A stretch of 64,000 nt of DNA from Fimbriosthenelais zetlandica (Eukaryota): positions 21,700,001 through 21,764,000 of the forward strand of contig OZ365110.1 of the NCBI GenBank assembly GCA_977030845.1. The letters are read 5' to 3'. The translations under genes and the position numbers were made by a program. The stretch's first letter is position 1, and each line of letters starts with the position of its first letter. Below, one piece after another: positions 11,701 through 26,700 of this stretch. The notes below the pieces were generated by a model. The model was given only the letters and a program-made list of their open reading frames with translations. It was not told the DNA's origin and did no database searches.

Positions 11701-14700
11701 CGTCTATAAGTACAGCGTTCCACGTGTTCTGGAAAGTGTCATCACGGATCTTCATACCTGGCTCGTAACCCACAGACTTGGAATGTCCTTTAATTTCAAC
11801 ACACGGTAAACCTGCATAACTGAAATAGAAAACACCAGAGTGTAATGTTTACTAGGTTTAAGGTTTACTAACACTGAAAACAAATAGAAATCGTAGACGT
11901 CAAGGGCTTGTGGAATTTTTAATTTCCTCTGTACAAGAGGAAAGAATAAAGATATTGTAAAAGAAAGAAATACATTATTTCTAAATGACTCATCTATCTG
12001 AGGAGTGACTGTGTCGTAAGTGTTTTAAAGGCAGTTCAAATGTATCCAAGATTAGTCATTACTGATCAGAATATAAAGTTAATTTTAAATGTAATATTAG
12101 AAGACTGTTCTATTGGTGCCAATTCCCCACAATTTGACATTTTAATTTATAAACCATTTTGTTCTTCTATAAAATATTGATATCTCTTTAGCAATGAAGG
12201 AATAGACTTTTATGCCATGATGTCGGCAACATGCTATCTTCACGGGTATATCCCTATTAAATGTTTTGATTGTGATTTACCTGCAAAGCCTCATGAAGAG
12301 GGTATGGTAGGTCTCAGTGCCGTATTTGATTCCTCTCAGTAGACCGAGGGGCGTGTCATCAATGGTCGTGTCATCAAAATCCATTACATTTAAATCCTTC
12401 ACCGTAATCCAACGGAAGATAGCACTACAAAGTCAAATTTGTAGTTACAGAAAGTGTACAAATCGATACTCAATTAAGTTTACAAGAATCATAGTATTGT
12501 AGTGTATTGTATACAAAAATAAAATAAAATTCATTATTATACTTACCGAGCTTTCTGTAGATCTGACAAACAATTCATGGTCAACTCTTTCACCAAACTT
12601 GTGTAGGTGCTCTGTTCTCTTTCAGCAACCTAAATGACAAGGAATAATAAATGTAATGTGCGGTACAAAAGCATCAAGATATCAATATCGACAAACATTT
12701 GGCAAATACAAGTAGTAAACGGGTATTGGTTGCTAAGATAAATTATTTTCCTATTTTTGTAATGATACTTACATTGATAACTTCCTCATCGAGCTCCTTG
12801 AAGACGGAGGGATCGTAATAAAGATCTCTTTTCCTGCATGTTGGAGGATGGGGAGGAGGGGGTTCGGTGGGTCGACCAAGGGCGTACATAGCCTGTTCTA
12901 AAGCTGCCTCTCCACTCTCATTGAGACCCTCAACTCCTGTACCGTCCACGTCCTGAAAGCGCAAATAGACATAATGTATATTTACACTGCTCGATACCAA
13001 ATAATATTTTTGACATCAAATATACATTTCCATAATTTTATATATATAAATCTGATTCGATCAATTAACTGCTCATGACACATCTTTGATGAAGATTAGT
13101 ATATTTATAAAGAAATAGTAAAATCCTCTTTCAATAATTATTTTTCTTGGAATTCATTGCATATACTATACTATGACATTAACCAGTATAGACCTAGAAT
13201 GCAGGGTATATTTTGAAAACAGTTATATATTAGGAACAAATATATTTGAGAGAGCCACATATATTTACTGAGGGTGATCAATCTTTTCTATCATTTTTTA
13301 GGACAATAGTAGTCAGAATCTTCACTAGTAATGACACTTTTTCTTGGTTAAAGGTGGGGTTTACATTATCTGGCATAGCTCTGGTTGCTCTATATGATAT
13401 AAACGGTTCTGGCAATGGTAGGAGTGTCATTTGGCATGGTAACCTCACAAAGGCAGGCGCGCGCAATATAACCGAGAAAACAATTTAAAATGTTCTCCTA
13501 ATTGTTCCCGACATATTTTTGCCTGGTAAATATGTACAGTATTTTTATTTATAACAATTATATTAAATATTAAGTATTGGTTATTCTTTAAATAATAAGA
13601 GTAAATGGAAAATTTTAATTCGGAGGGTTTGGGAAGGTCGTCAGGTAAATTTCCAAAGTTTCATTTTGGACGTGCAATGCCAACAATGACAAACTAAGAG
13701 TATTGGTATTAGAACTTTTTCCACTTAAATACCATCAACAGAGCAGTTATTTTTGTCTTGAATCAGTATGTGAAACACGATGGGTAATAGATACTAAACA
13801 TTCTGGATGATTCGCCATAATTTTGTTCATTGTTTTTGGAATGTCAAAGTACTATACATTTCTGTTTGTGAAGCACCGAAAAACAATGGAGAAATAAAAT
13901 TACTCTGACATGGAAGGTGGTGTAGGTCGGACATAGCAGTTCTGGCTCGACCTCCGACCATCAGAGGGCCTGTTTCAATAAGAGTTACAAAAACGCACCA
14001 TCCTATTCACCCTCTGCATCATTGACACATTTTCCTACCACACATACATGGCCTTCTAGTCATAGAATAGTGTGATCATGAAGAGAATTCCTGTCTACAC
14101 CGTTTAATGCCATTTTCCTGGGTATAATTTTACAGAAGAAAAAATTTAAATAACAAATGAAACCTCGGGAGCTCCGATATGGTGAGTGGGATGGGTCGCA
14201 CGCAACATGGTTGAAACGGATCGGTGGAGCGTACCAAAAAGCCCTATGGCTGGCCTCCCCTCAAACTAGATGACAACACATGCAGAAACTTGGCCAAGCA
14301 TCCCGATCATACTGCATTATTAAAGAGGTGGCCTGTATTGCTTCGCCACCAAAACTTTATACTTAATATAGAAAATCCAGGCCACATATAAAACTGACAT
14401 TGAATGATTCCCTTGGGGGTTTCTATACCTGTTGTAAATACTATTGTGAACCCACGCACACATTATCTGTATGCAAGCAGTAGATGTTATATTTTGTTTG
14501 TATCATATACATTTAGCAGGTAATATTTGAAGTATGGAACTCTCGCACAGAAAATTAACTGGAGTCGGAAAGAAGGGCTTGAATTGAATACTCTAGAAAA
14601 GTGTTTTGCATTAACTGATTGCACTGCATTTCCCAGATATTTGACCTTGGGATATTCAGCTTACATTCGAACACAGATTTTTAACACAGAAGGGATTATA

Positions 14701-17700
14701 AAGGGATCATTTGTGTCTTTTCCTGCAATATGTATGTTAGTTTTGTTCAACATGTCAGCCTTTTGGAATTTTGTCTTTTTGGGAGGTACAATTTAGCTAG
14801 AACATAAGGCGCAGAGATTCGGTTTCGGACGCAATTAGTCGCCATCAGTTCCGGGTCTCCTTTCAATGATAAATCTGTTCTCTATATCAGTGCCTAACAC
14901 TGAATCCTTTGAGAGAGGGGGGGATAGAAGGGAGGAGGCGGAGAGAAGGGGACGAGGGGAGGGGAGAGGGGGAGTGGAGATAGAGAGTGAGAGGGGGGTG
15001 AGGGAGGGAGACAGCAAAGAGGGAACCATGAATTCATAGGGGATATATCCTACTGAACAAGTACTAACAAAATATATATATTTTCGCAAATATTGTTTTT
15101 TTGCTATCCATAATAGGACATACGATAAATTTACTACAAGGTACATTATAAAAGTCAATCGCGATTTGACAAAATAATTTTGACAAACGCCATATTTTTC
15201 AGAAGGTAGGTTACAATGCCGTATATAAGCTCAACAATAAGACGATGGGGGAGTATTCTGTAACTAACCCATGTATCCCACCGTTTGCACAGCCCCACCA
15301 GGACCAACAATTTTGTCCTAGTTCTGTCATACAAAATATTAGATACCTCTTCTAGTCAGTCTTGGGAGCCAGCAGGCGCGCTCCGAGTAGGTAATATTCA
15401 TACAGTTTCACATCGATTGACCCATTCTGTGGACATCATGCGTGATACATCAACATTCATCTATAACAGCAGCCATATCATACTCGTGTTTACCCAACTG
15501 ACTGCTCTTTTTTTAAAAACGGCCTTGAACTCGCATCAATCATTTAGTTAGAAAAAAGCACTGAGGCTATATTAGATATGGTCACGACAAACAGGGATGC
15601 AATCTGAATCAGTGATAGCATGTACAATCAAAACCATCACATGTATCTGTGTGCATTCGATGCATGTCAAAGTCAACGACCATTCAAACTAGGGTAGTTG
15701 ATCAACAATTATTGATGTGTAATTAGCCATTATATCAGCTGATGAAAAGGCCTGCAAAAATATTTTGTCTGCCAGAAGAAAATTGCACCCAAACATGGCA
15801 ATTGCCATAATTCTAACAGATGTGTCTGGGGGGTGGGGGATGGCAGTCGATTTATTATTTGAGTCAGAGTGATGCATATTTGTGTTCTGAAGGGGGATGA
15901 GGTCAGAGGATGAAAAACATTTTGATGACTTACCGCCATTTCCATTACGAGCTCTTTCTTCACCTCTTCCTGCTGGACCTTGAGTAGCTCCAACATTTGC
16001 TCAGATTGTTTCTGGACGAGCACGGCCGTCTTCTCCTGCTCTTGCTTCTGTAGTCGCAGAGTCATGGCGTCCTTCTTCTGCTTTAACCTCACTGTGTGAT
16101 GTTTCTGTAATTCTTGCTTCTCTTCCTCAAATCTCATTGTCATCACCTGCCAAGAAATCCAACGGGGACATTATAACAGATTGAAAATCACAGAATGTAG
16201 TTAATCATTGCCGTTTAATGTAATAATCTTGAAGGGACAACATGCACAAAGCTAGGTGAACTCGTCACAATTTCACTCACGAAAATAGTCAAAATATTGT
16301 ATACCAGGTACATGCTTTTAATGCAAAAATGCTAAGATGAAGACATACCTTGTTTCCAAAGCTTTCAGATCCGTAGCGCCAAATGGCCCTGTGTGACTTT
16401 AGACTAATTTAGACATCACATTTTGTTACCAAGAGAAATTTACCCACCTTTCTTTCCGAGCCCTTGAGTTTTTTGTTAGTCTTTTTGTTGGACATGTCTA
16501 CATCAAATTTGGCAGTAAGATCTTTGAGCCTCTGCTCCCATTCCTGCTCAGCCAGAGCTCGTAACTCTGCATCGTGAGCTTCTCTGTCCTGTCTGAAGGC
16601 CTGCAGTAACCGGTCCTCCTCCACCCTGTGCTTAGCTTCCAACTTCTCCTGGGCTTCATACAGCTTCTCCTTTTTGCCAGCCTACAATGGACAGAAAGAC
16701 AAATATGTTTAAGAAAACATCGCAGATAGGGTGACAAGTATTCAACATTACCTAAGAGAATTAGTAACCTCACAAAGCATGAAACCGTCTAAATATTGTT
16801 CTGTGTTGTAAAAGGATCTTGTAACACCCGCTAAAAATGTTTGGGCCAGTTATCCTTTTATAAGGATGAATGAGATCTCAATCTGTTCATAGGAATTGCC
16901 TGTCAAAAGACAGATCTTAAGGATTAATCACTCAACATCATTCAAAGCATCATTGCTTTTGATATTTTGTTTCATTTGGTACCTTTTAGTTATTTACCAC
17001 TACCACCATACAATGGATCCTTGTCTAATGCAAGGATTTAGAGGATAGTAATATGCCACTTTTTGGGCATAGGTCAATGCATGTATATAACTTTAGACAG
17101 CTTCTAACCATACTATTCTCCGGGAAGAAAGTTAATGTGGAGCGAATATCTTCCGTAGGAGCGAGTTACCAATGTCAAGGGTATTTAATGAAGGCACTGC
17201 ACGATACCCCAACCCTTGCATGTACCCATGCATGGACTGCTAGCGTTTTAACTAAAAGCATTCCGTGGTATTCTAAAGGAAGATATGATTGATGGAGGTC
17301 AGAGTAACTGGAGACAGCATGACATCCCAGATCACTACAGCTTTAACATCCTTCCTTCAACTATTTATGTTACACCAACCTAATATTTCATTCCAATGAT
17401 AAACACTTGGAAATATCGGCCCAAAAAAGGAAACAATATTCCTGCTAGAAAAGTCTGCTTGATTGCAGTTGGGAATAAAATGCATACAGGTGGTCTATAC
17501 CTATACATACATTTTAAATTTAGCCATAGACATCAAAGGGAAAACTTTGTGTGGTGGGGAAAAGGCAATAGAAGGCAAACGTCAAATAGCTCTTGAATGC
17601 CAGTTTGACTGCAGTGTTTTTTTTTCATTTTCATATTCATGATAACCTGAGGCAATAGGTTATGTTTACCCACAACACATATATTTAACCAGCCTGTGTT

Positions 17701-20700
17701 TTGAGGTCAGAAAAAGCCCCTGGGAAGTATCGGAATCTGGGTAGAGCCTTAGTGTAATTACATGATTGAGGTGGTGAAGGGATCCAATGTCCATAATGCA
17801 GCACACGCAGCCGAGTGATCTGATACCAAGATTCACGAGTAAACATTGCTAAATATAGCTAAACACAGCCAGTCTGTGGAGCGAACAGAATGACTAATGA
17901 TTGGTAAAGGTAACATTCAGTCATCGTTTTGAGCCTGATTTATATTCTTGTTTATATCTGAAGGCGAGTCTAGATGAGTTGGTCATGATTTTGCCAGACT
18001 TTCGGTGGATAACAAACTTTGATTCGGACTACAGTAACTCTTCCATCAAAGTGGATCACAGACATTGGGGGCATTGCATAATCCCGCGAGCACTCGCAGA
18101 ATATGGCGAGCATAACGCATTCCAAATACAGCCTCTCCAGACTCTGCAACCCGTTCGATTGAAATGAACAAGGATTCGCGATCGAGTGCTCGCAGTATTA
18201 TGCAACTCCCCAATGTCAGTGATCCACTCTAATAGCAAAATCCTAGGAGAATTAGTTTTCAAAGTACTTTTCATTTTTGATGAGCCATCGTTTCGTCAGA
18301 ATCCCAAAATAATGAATGCTTAATGCACGACAAGGTAGTGGTGGCACACAAGAGAGCAACCCAGGCTCAGGTGCAATATGCTGGTATAATTAAGGAAACA
18401 ATCAATAATATAAACCCGGGATAGAAATGGAAGCAAACAGTACAGGTGTAAAAGTAAACCGAGACCTAGCAGGAACAGTGGGAGGTCTGGTTTAGCAATT
18501 GTCTAAAGATCAAAGGGATCAGCAAGTCTTTACTCCTTCCTCAGGTACTGACCTGGCTACTGCCCAAAGGTGGGTCGAGATGCAAGACTCAAGGATCAGC
18601 CAAGGTGGCGGTGGGAAGGCCTTATCACTTCACCAGCCCGGAAACATAAGCTAAACTGGCAGCATTCCACACAATCACAAATTACTTGAAAACAATTTTA
18701 CTCCTCTCACCTTAACTTGGCTATGAACAAATTAATATTAAAGCCAGTCTCTCATGGGCTATACAAATATGTAACATTTAAATGCCGTATGGAGAATTCT
18801 TTAAGAAATGTTGCCAAAATACACATACATTCCTTGACTCTCAAAGTTCACATGTATAAATCGTCAATACAGTTCCAGGATCGTAACCAGGGGGGGGGGT
18901 GTCGAGGGGGCAATGCCCACACCCCTCCCCACAAAAAAAAAGAAACTTAAGTGCTGTTCCACTAGAAGTATTTGAAAAAAAACCCTCCCTGATTTGTTGA
19001 GGGGCGTTTAGCTTTAGAGTTGCGTAAATATCTGCATTATGGGCTTAATAGTGTTTGGCTCTCCCCGCTCAGCATCACAGAAAATCCTGGACCCCGAGTT
19101 CTAAATCTAGATTAGCCTTGTATTACCCGGATATAAAGGATTCTCGACTGTCTCACGGTCGGGTGATACACAAAACCGGAGTAGAAATGACAGACTGCTG
19201 GGATATTTCTGTCCGGATATGGGATTTAAGATCAATACGAGGCAGAGGAGTGAAGCTTGGCTAGAGACATACATGTATAAACTAGTATACCTGAGATGTC
19301 AGAGCTCTACTCAATCATCAAAGTCACGACTGTTTGTATAGGTCTACACTATAAGACCAGTTCTTCCTTTACAGTGTGATGTAAATAGTAAATAAAAGGG
19401 AGTCTAGCTACTCCCATCTACTATATCTTTGTAGTTTCAATTTTATTTGATTCACCGAAAAAAGGCAAACAGTCGACTAATATAGTTGCCCTTTGTAGCA
19501 GCGAGTCGTAACCAGTTGGCATTATACCAAAGTTCATGTGCACCTTATACAAATATATTATAAAGTGTAATGAAGCTCGATATGCTGTCAAAAATCATTT
19601 TCGTTGCTTTAAATGATCATTGAACGGCACAATAAAAAAAACTTCTTAAGAAGAAAAAATCGAAAAAAAATATCAAAAAGATTCATCGTCTCAATAAACT
19701 TTCACTGTCCAACAATAAAGAGGAAATTCTCCACTAAAACAGGATGTGTACTCCTGACACAGGTACAAGAATCTCAGCTTTCTTTGCTCGCCGGGTTATA
19801 TCGGTATGGATCGATCAGCTAGGTGTAATATAACTAACCCTAGTCAGAGGTAGCACACCATTAGACCATCCTCTTGTCACCTAGTTCTATTTTCAAAGAC
19901 TGAATCAGATACCTCGGGACTTGTCTTTTTACCTTTACAAATAAAAATAAGTTTTTGTTGTACTTTCAGGCATCTGCTAATCCCTCCAATGGTATCTGTA
20001 CTTAGCGAAATGGGCCTATTTTTGTACAACGTCTGTATAAGTCACTTAGGTGAAGGCACCTAAAAATTCCTCCTAAGGCACTAGACTACCTAACACAACA
20101 GATAGAATTATCTGCATTCAAGCAGGTTGCTTCTCTCCAAGAATTAAATGGACTTTGTATTTGAGTTGATTTTCATTGAGTGCGAGCAAGGAAGCATTCA
20201 GAAGTAATGCAAAGGATTCTAAGGAATCGCAGGATCTCTTCTCTTTTCGGTTCAAGGTGTGAAACGAGGATGGGGGGAAGGTTCCAATGGATGGCGACGA
20301 AGAATGTGATGTTTTTCTTGTCAATAGGAGCGAGTGTACCTATTTGCTTAAGTGTTCGCACTGACCTATTCTGGCGTTACGCAGGCATGGCTATTCTATA
20401 GAAGGAACCCCGAGGCTGGCCCATTCTCTACACGTAACTGATATTTCTCATGAAACAAATCCATGGGTAACCCAATCCCTCAGGACAAACATCACAACTT
20501 AATAAAGTTTCCACCACAAAGAGAATATTATTTACACCTCTGGAAATGGAGATTGTATACCTTGAAGGACAATCAGGCACTTGAGGGATTGGCGAGTCAG
20601 ATAAGATCTGAAGCTCTCAACTTTTGGCAAGACAATGGGCAATCGAAACATGAAGATTGAAATTATAGGGAAGTGTAAATTACATGAAATTTACATTCAC

Positions 20701-23700
20701 AATTTCATGACATTTGCGCCAGGAAGTGAGTCAACATCCTTTTGAATGGAAAGCCCCTGCTTCAATGCAAACAACTTTTTCGTTCGAGTTCCATTAACTT
20801 TGAAAGTGGAGGGGAAGCCCTTCTTGAAGGGGGGAAGGATAAGGGATCACTTCCTGAAATCCAATATAAAGCTTACAAAGATGTCAGGGCTGAAGGCATT
20901 GAAAGCCATGACCACCTGTTAATGACAAGCAAGCCTCAATGTTAACACTGGCACCAATATTAGACATAATGCCAAATATGCCATTATATGACTACCAGAC
21001 CACAAGGCGACCCTTGACACATAATGCTAATATCCCGCTGACCGTGTTAAGATGTTAGTTCATGGTGGCCGGTCCACATCAAAGACTTGGTGAACATAGA
21101 GAAGCAACCTTTCTGAATGTCTTGAATATTGCACTCACGTAACATGATCAGGTGCATTGGCAAGGTGCCAGAATCATTACCATACAGGCAAGAGGCAAGA
21201 TAGGTCAGAATTGTGCACAAGACTTCTTCTTTGCCTCAGAAAATCACTCCTATACGAGTATGCCCCAAGCATGAGTATATAATATTCTCTGTATAACATG
21301 ACCTTCTATACGACCTCCTCCCATGCTCTGTCAGGAGTATATATGTGTATAGCAGTAGACACAATGGACATAAAGCCAGTGATGTGTGATCACAAGATTG
21401 AGAATATGCAGAAGCACGATCATGGTATGCACCAGCATATGTTCATCAGAGGATCTTGTACCAAAATGATAGAGACTTTGGTTGTGCAATTGTCAGCAAC
21501 CCATGCATGCATTAGTGTTTATGCTCATATATAAAAGAAGGCATCATTGGGGCCTTTGCATAATATTGAGGGATCAATTTCTAGCGACTGCTTTTCAAAG
21601 TTTCCCTATTAAAAGTGGTACCTGGGTACATGTCATTTTGAAGGGGCATATCTTATTATCTTCCTATGCAATACAGTAAGTTTTTTGTGTGCAATTGATT
21701 GAAATGATCTCCTTTCCTAGACAAAATTGCATTTTCATAATTTTTCAGAGAGGAGATTATTGCATGCGCGATACCAATAGAAAATGAATTTAAATCTCCG
21801 TATTTAAATAAACAAGGCAACCAGGGTGGCATATTTTGCTTGAAAATTTGATTGAACAAAATGGCTTGTCACATGCACAAAAGCAATTATCTATACTTAA
21901 ATGGTAAGCTTGTAGCAAGGTGCCAAATGTAAGAACAATGAGAGTTATATGCCAAGAAACTCATTAACCTAACAGAACCAGATATGTATATATACCTACA
22001 CAAGCACTACCTGTCTCCAAATTGAAAAATCTCCTCAATCTAACTGAAATCTGTCATTGAAAGCTAATAATTAATGACATAATTAACATTTGCACATTGG
22101 TAATCTTAAACCACACGACCTCCCCTCACATACAATTCATACTTTACATTCCTTTCAAATAAGAAAAAAAAATGTTTTATTTGAAGGCCTATAATTTACT
22201 TTTTGCACAGATTAAAATATATATCTTAACCTATGGTGATATAATGTATGAAATAAAAAGCGCCATATGTTATTTTTCAGCAGATTGATGACACCTTTTT
22301 TTCTTTGCCTGAATGTTTTAATGTTATAATTATATAAGCACATGTGTTTGCTTAATGTGTTCAACATCTCCATTCTGCTGCTTACTAGACCTTGTTTCCC
22401 GAGGCCATCGTTATCATGAATATAATAATAGACCAAGTTAATACCTCATTATACAATATAAACGGATTTAGACATAAAAATACCTAGCACCATTATACAA
22501 ACACATTCAGATTTAGAGGTCATTTTTTTCTCACCAGGGTGTATGGGAAGGGGCTTATTAGCTCTAGCTTCGGGAATCTAGGAGATCCAATGCGTTGGAT
22601 CGATGCTATTTGCTTTGGACTAAATTATCCGCATTAATAATTAAAAGAGGAAACAATTTTGTTATAAGAGGTCGACAGTCTTCTAAATTTTCCCATACAA
22701 ATCCCACAAGTCATTGAAATTTAACTGAAAATATCACTTCTTTGACTATAACTATCCCATTTTTAAGGCAGAACCAATTTTAAAATATTTTTTTTTGTCA
22801 GTGAACATTTAGAAGAAGCGTTCATGACAATATCCTTTTGAGAAGGAAATTCATCCACAAGGTTCCCGGGTGAGTTGAGGAATGTTAACAAGGCCGGTGT
22901 CAAGAAAAGTATATAATCTACAGCAAAGTTGGCCCATTAAACAAGCGGGCAATTGCGCAGTAGAAAGAAGGTATTTCCTAGGTCTAAATTATTGCTTGTT
23001 CTACTCTGTGGTAAGTAGAGTGTGGAGAATAAGAGGCCAGGGTCAGGGATGAAATCAGACATCATAAATTTATCAATACAATCACAGGCCCCTATATTAT
23101 GTATGATATATTATAGGGGCATTACCTTTATTTCCGCCCGCCCCCTCCCCCCTCATGCCAGGGGCAGAAATATTAGAAAACCACCAAATCAGTATTGTTG
23201 GTTTCCAGATATAAATAAATCTACATTAAGGGCATTGACATAGTATATCTCAAGGAAATATGTATTATTGACAATTTTTGCTCCTTGAGGAACTTGCAGA
23301 TATGTAGCATGCTATTTTCAGGTACAATTATAGGCGTATAACCAAAAGTCACAAAGCTTTGGCATTGGAGTCACAATTAGACCTAAGTACTGGTTGTAAA
23401 ATTAGGTTAAAGCAGGCAATTTTACACCTTAAGATCCAACAAATCTTTTTTCTCCAGGGGATACAAAGGTGCGTATGTACTATAGTATTCAGAGATTCAG
23501 GAAGAAGACACCATATTAATTGTTCACTTTACACTCACCCAACATATCATACAAATAAATACTTTCAAAACATTTATAAACCCAGCCAACGCGTAATATC
23601 CAATCAGTGGAATGTCAACAGAATTATGGTCTCCCTTTGGGAACTATGCCAAAGAATTGTTCACGCTAGAGTTTGATAGCACTTAAGTCACCTGATAACA

Positions 23701-26700
23701 TCAGAGTGGCTTCAGGGGTAATCTGCTTAATACGCCCAACAGTCTTCCCTATAAACATAACTATGCTAATTCAACACATCTTATACATTGGTGGTTTTTT
23801 TTGAAAAGATCATTGGAAAATGGGGCACAAGAAAAAATGCGTTTGATAATTGTTTTAATTAGATCGATTGAAGTGAGAGTCGAGTGTGTCACACTAGAGG
23901 TGGTAGATGAGATTCAAATTAAAAAAAATATATTAAAAAAACTTGTGTGACTTTCTGGATGTGCATGTTTGTGGATTGTTAAGAAATAGTTACAAAAATA
24001 AAAGGATTACATGTCAATGATAATTAATTAGAGTTGGAATGTTAAAATATGAAGGTTCACTATAAGGGTCGACACCCGCAGTATAAGTTCTGTATATAGA
24101 CTCAAATTATCCATTTACAAGAGGTGATAAAACGGTGAAAATGGAGGGGAGGATTTTATTAGGCAATAAAAATTGATGAGTATAGTCTGAGTGACATACA
24201 TAAACAGATTACATTTGGGATAAATAAAAACATGTCGTGCATGGTCAATTAATAAACATGGTGTAGGGATTCACACTAAAAAACTACATATGAATCACGA
24301 ATGCTATAAAGTTGCGAGTGAAAATAGTATAATAAATGTAAGGTCATTATTATGATTAATAGGTTTTAGTTAGATATCTAACTTCATTAGAAATTCACGA
24401 CATGATTATAGTAATAAATGAAACTTTATTAATCTTACAATATTACCGATATTTGGAGACATTATTTTCTAGACATTTATTTGTGTGATTTCTGGGGGGA
24501 AGGCAGGCTGACAAAGGGTTCCAAGAGCAGATAGCTATCAGATAATTCAAATATCAGAGAGCCTGTCCTTAGAAAGGGACCTGTCTGAAGAGAATGGATG
24601 GTTTCCCCAGATAAATTACCATATCTTTGGACCAACGTTCATGTCAAAGGCTGCATGAGTGGCAAGTGAGAGGCTATGCCAATCAATAGGGATTACGATT
24701 AAAGGCCACCTGCATGTCAATGGTCAACATGTGTGATTGTTATCATACCAACAATGGTATCACACCCCTACTCCTGACAGAGGACAAACATTAGCCTGAA
24801 TGGGGTACGATCTGGGTTTACCTGTATGCCCTTCTCCCACTCACATCCCCTCAGGGCAAACCCCATGCTAAGGTAGAGGTGAAATAAGGTCCGAAGATGG
24901 CAGTGGACTTTAAAATGCCTTACAAAGAACCTATATAGAAAGATCAATTTATTCCTGTTTAGGTTCTATAGCTTACAAATGTTTTGCATATTGAGAGGAA
25001 CCACGCCCTTGTGTCAAAACATACAAGGTCAAGAGATTTTATTCTGAATATTTTATAATATAAGCAGTAGATCAGGGTGAAAAGGAGTATCGGTATGTTA
25101 TAAAATGGAACATAGCCATCAGAAGGAAAGTGGGCCAGTAGTGCGACGATCTAAGATGAAAATAGTCTGGTTTTACAGAGGATAATTCCGTCTTATAGAA
25201 AGGTAGCTAGCTTATGGCAGACTGGTAAAGATGCCTATGATAATCAGAGCAGAACTTGTAAGTAGAGGTAGGAGGGAGAAGGGGATAGAAAGAGTGGGAG
25301 GAGAGAGTGAGTTAGGGGTGGAGATGGGATGGAGAGGGAGGGAGTAGAAAGGGGGAGGTGGAGGGGGAAAGGGTAGGGAGGGAGGTGGAAGGGTAGGGAG
25401 AGAGGGGTTAGGGAGAAAGGGGTAAGGGAGAGAGAGGGAGGAGGAAGAAAAAGGATGGGAGAGAGTGAGAGAGCCACACCGTAACCAAGTCTGTATTCTA
25501 AATTGCCAGTTATTTTGAATCTGCCTAATCGATACAAAGTGACAGAAACACCTGGACATTATGTGAAGTATTTGTATGTGAAACAATACATGGACAGCCT
25601 GCATCTTGGATGCTTATACTTTGGTACAGGTATATACGGGCATAATACGTTGGATTCAACATTAAAATTGCATTTAAACGTCAATTATTCCAGACCAAAG
25701 TTCTAACTGGGTGCTTGTTTGTGCGCTTATCTCACACTTCGTGAGTCGGCAAGCTAACAAACAAATAGGGTGAAGAAGATGGGAGAATAAAGCACAGGTA
25801 AACTGAGGCTTGAATCTCATATGGTTATACACTGACAGATTCAGAGGACGAGACAAGTTGAGAAATAATTATATGGCGAATCTATTGCTTGGGAAGCAAA
25901 ATATTGTCCCAGAAACAGGGCCAAAAGACCTCGTCATGGTCGCCTGGTCAGGGTATATGGAAAGGTATTCACTCCAATATACATCGAAGACGATTCAAGA
26001 ATATTTATTACCTTCCCGTGGGAGCAAGTGCAAATCTCCCCTTATGCAATATTCATTTTTAGTTTCCAGTTGAAACTATTAAATAGATCTCAAATGGATT
26101 CAGTTATGAAATAAAATTTACTGAAACCAAAAAATGTCAACAGTTCATTTTTTCCCTACATGAATAATAGACCAAAAGTTGCGGAATCATTTTGCTTGGT
26201 AATGCAGCTGTAATAAATCAGCTTCCATGACTCGGGGATCCAGAAACTAGCGTGAATTCATATACTTCCTCATGAGGGAGGTTCAATACCTAGATCTCTT
26301 CCATCTGTGACATAGGTTGTAACATTACAAATAGTTCAGTGTTTAGAATTGAGCTGGTTTTCATCCAAGTCTGTGATAGTGTATTAACCAGACAGGGAGC
26401 ACGTTTCCCAGCTAGATACCATCATGTATGTAAACCTGTGGTGTACATTAGGGTCGTATAACTAAAGATGATCCCCACCTGTCCCCACTACCCAGTACCT
26501 CCTCTGGTATGTGAGGAATGTAGGCGCCAGCGTTGCCCACAATACACCTTCAATGACTTTCAGGTACATTATGCACAACAAAGCTATTGTATATTTGAAC
26601 ATCTAATCCGATGAGACACTTCACACAACAATATTCAACGCGGGTTGACCTTTTTTCTCCATCGGATGCAATTTCAAACAATCCTTTTCAAGAGTACTAT

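Noticed and set aside
16348-16395. Possible 48-nt in-frame cassette exon in hillarin
   Set aside because: Good donor (AAG|GTATGT), but the in-frame acceptor is a weak AAG without a pyrimidine tract, and the better CAG acceptor gives a frameshift.
25212-25604. Pro/Ser/Leu-rich minus ORFs (also 14835-15158 and 4942-5145)
   Set aside because: Artefacts of polypurine low-complexity tracts.
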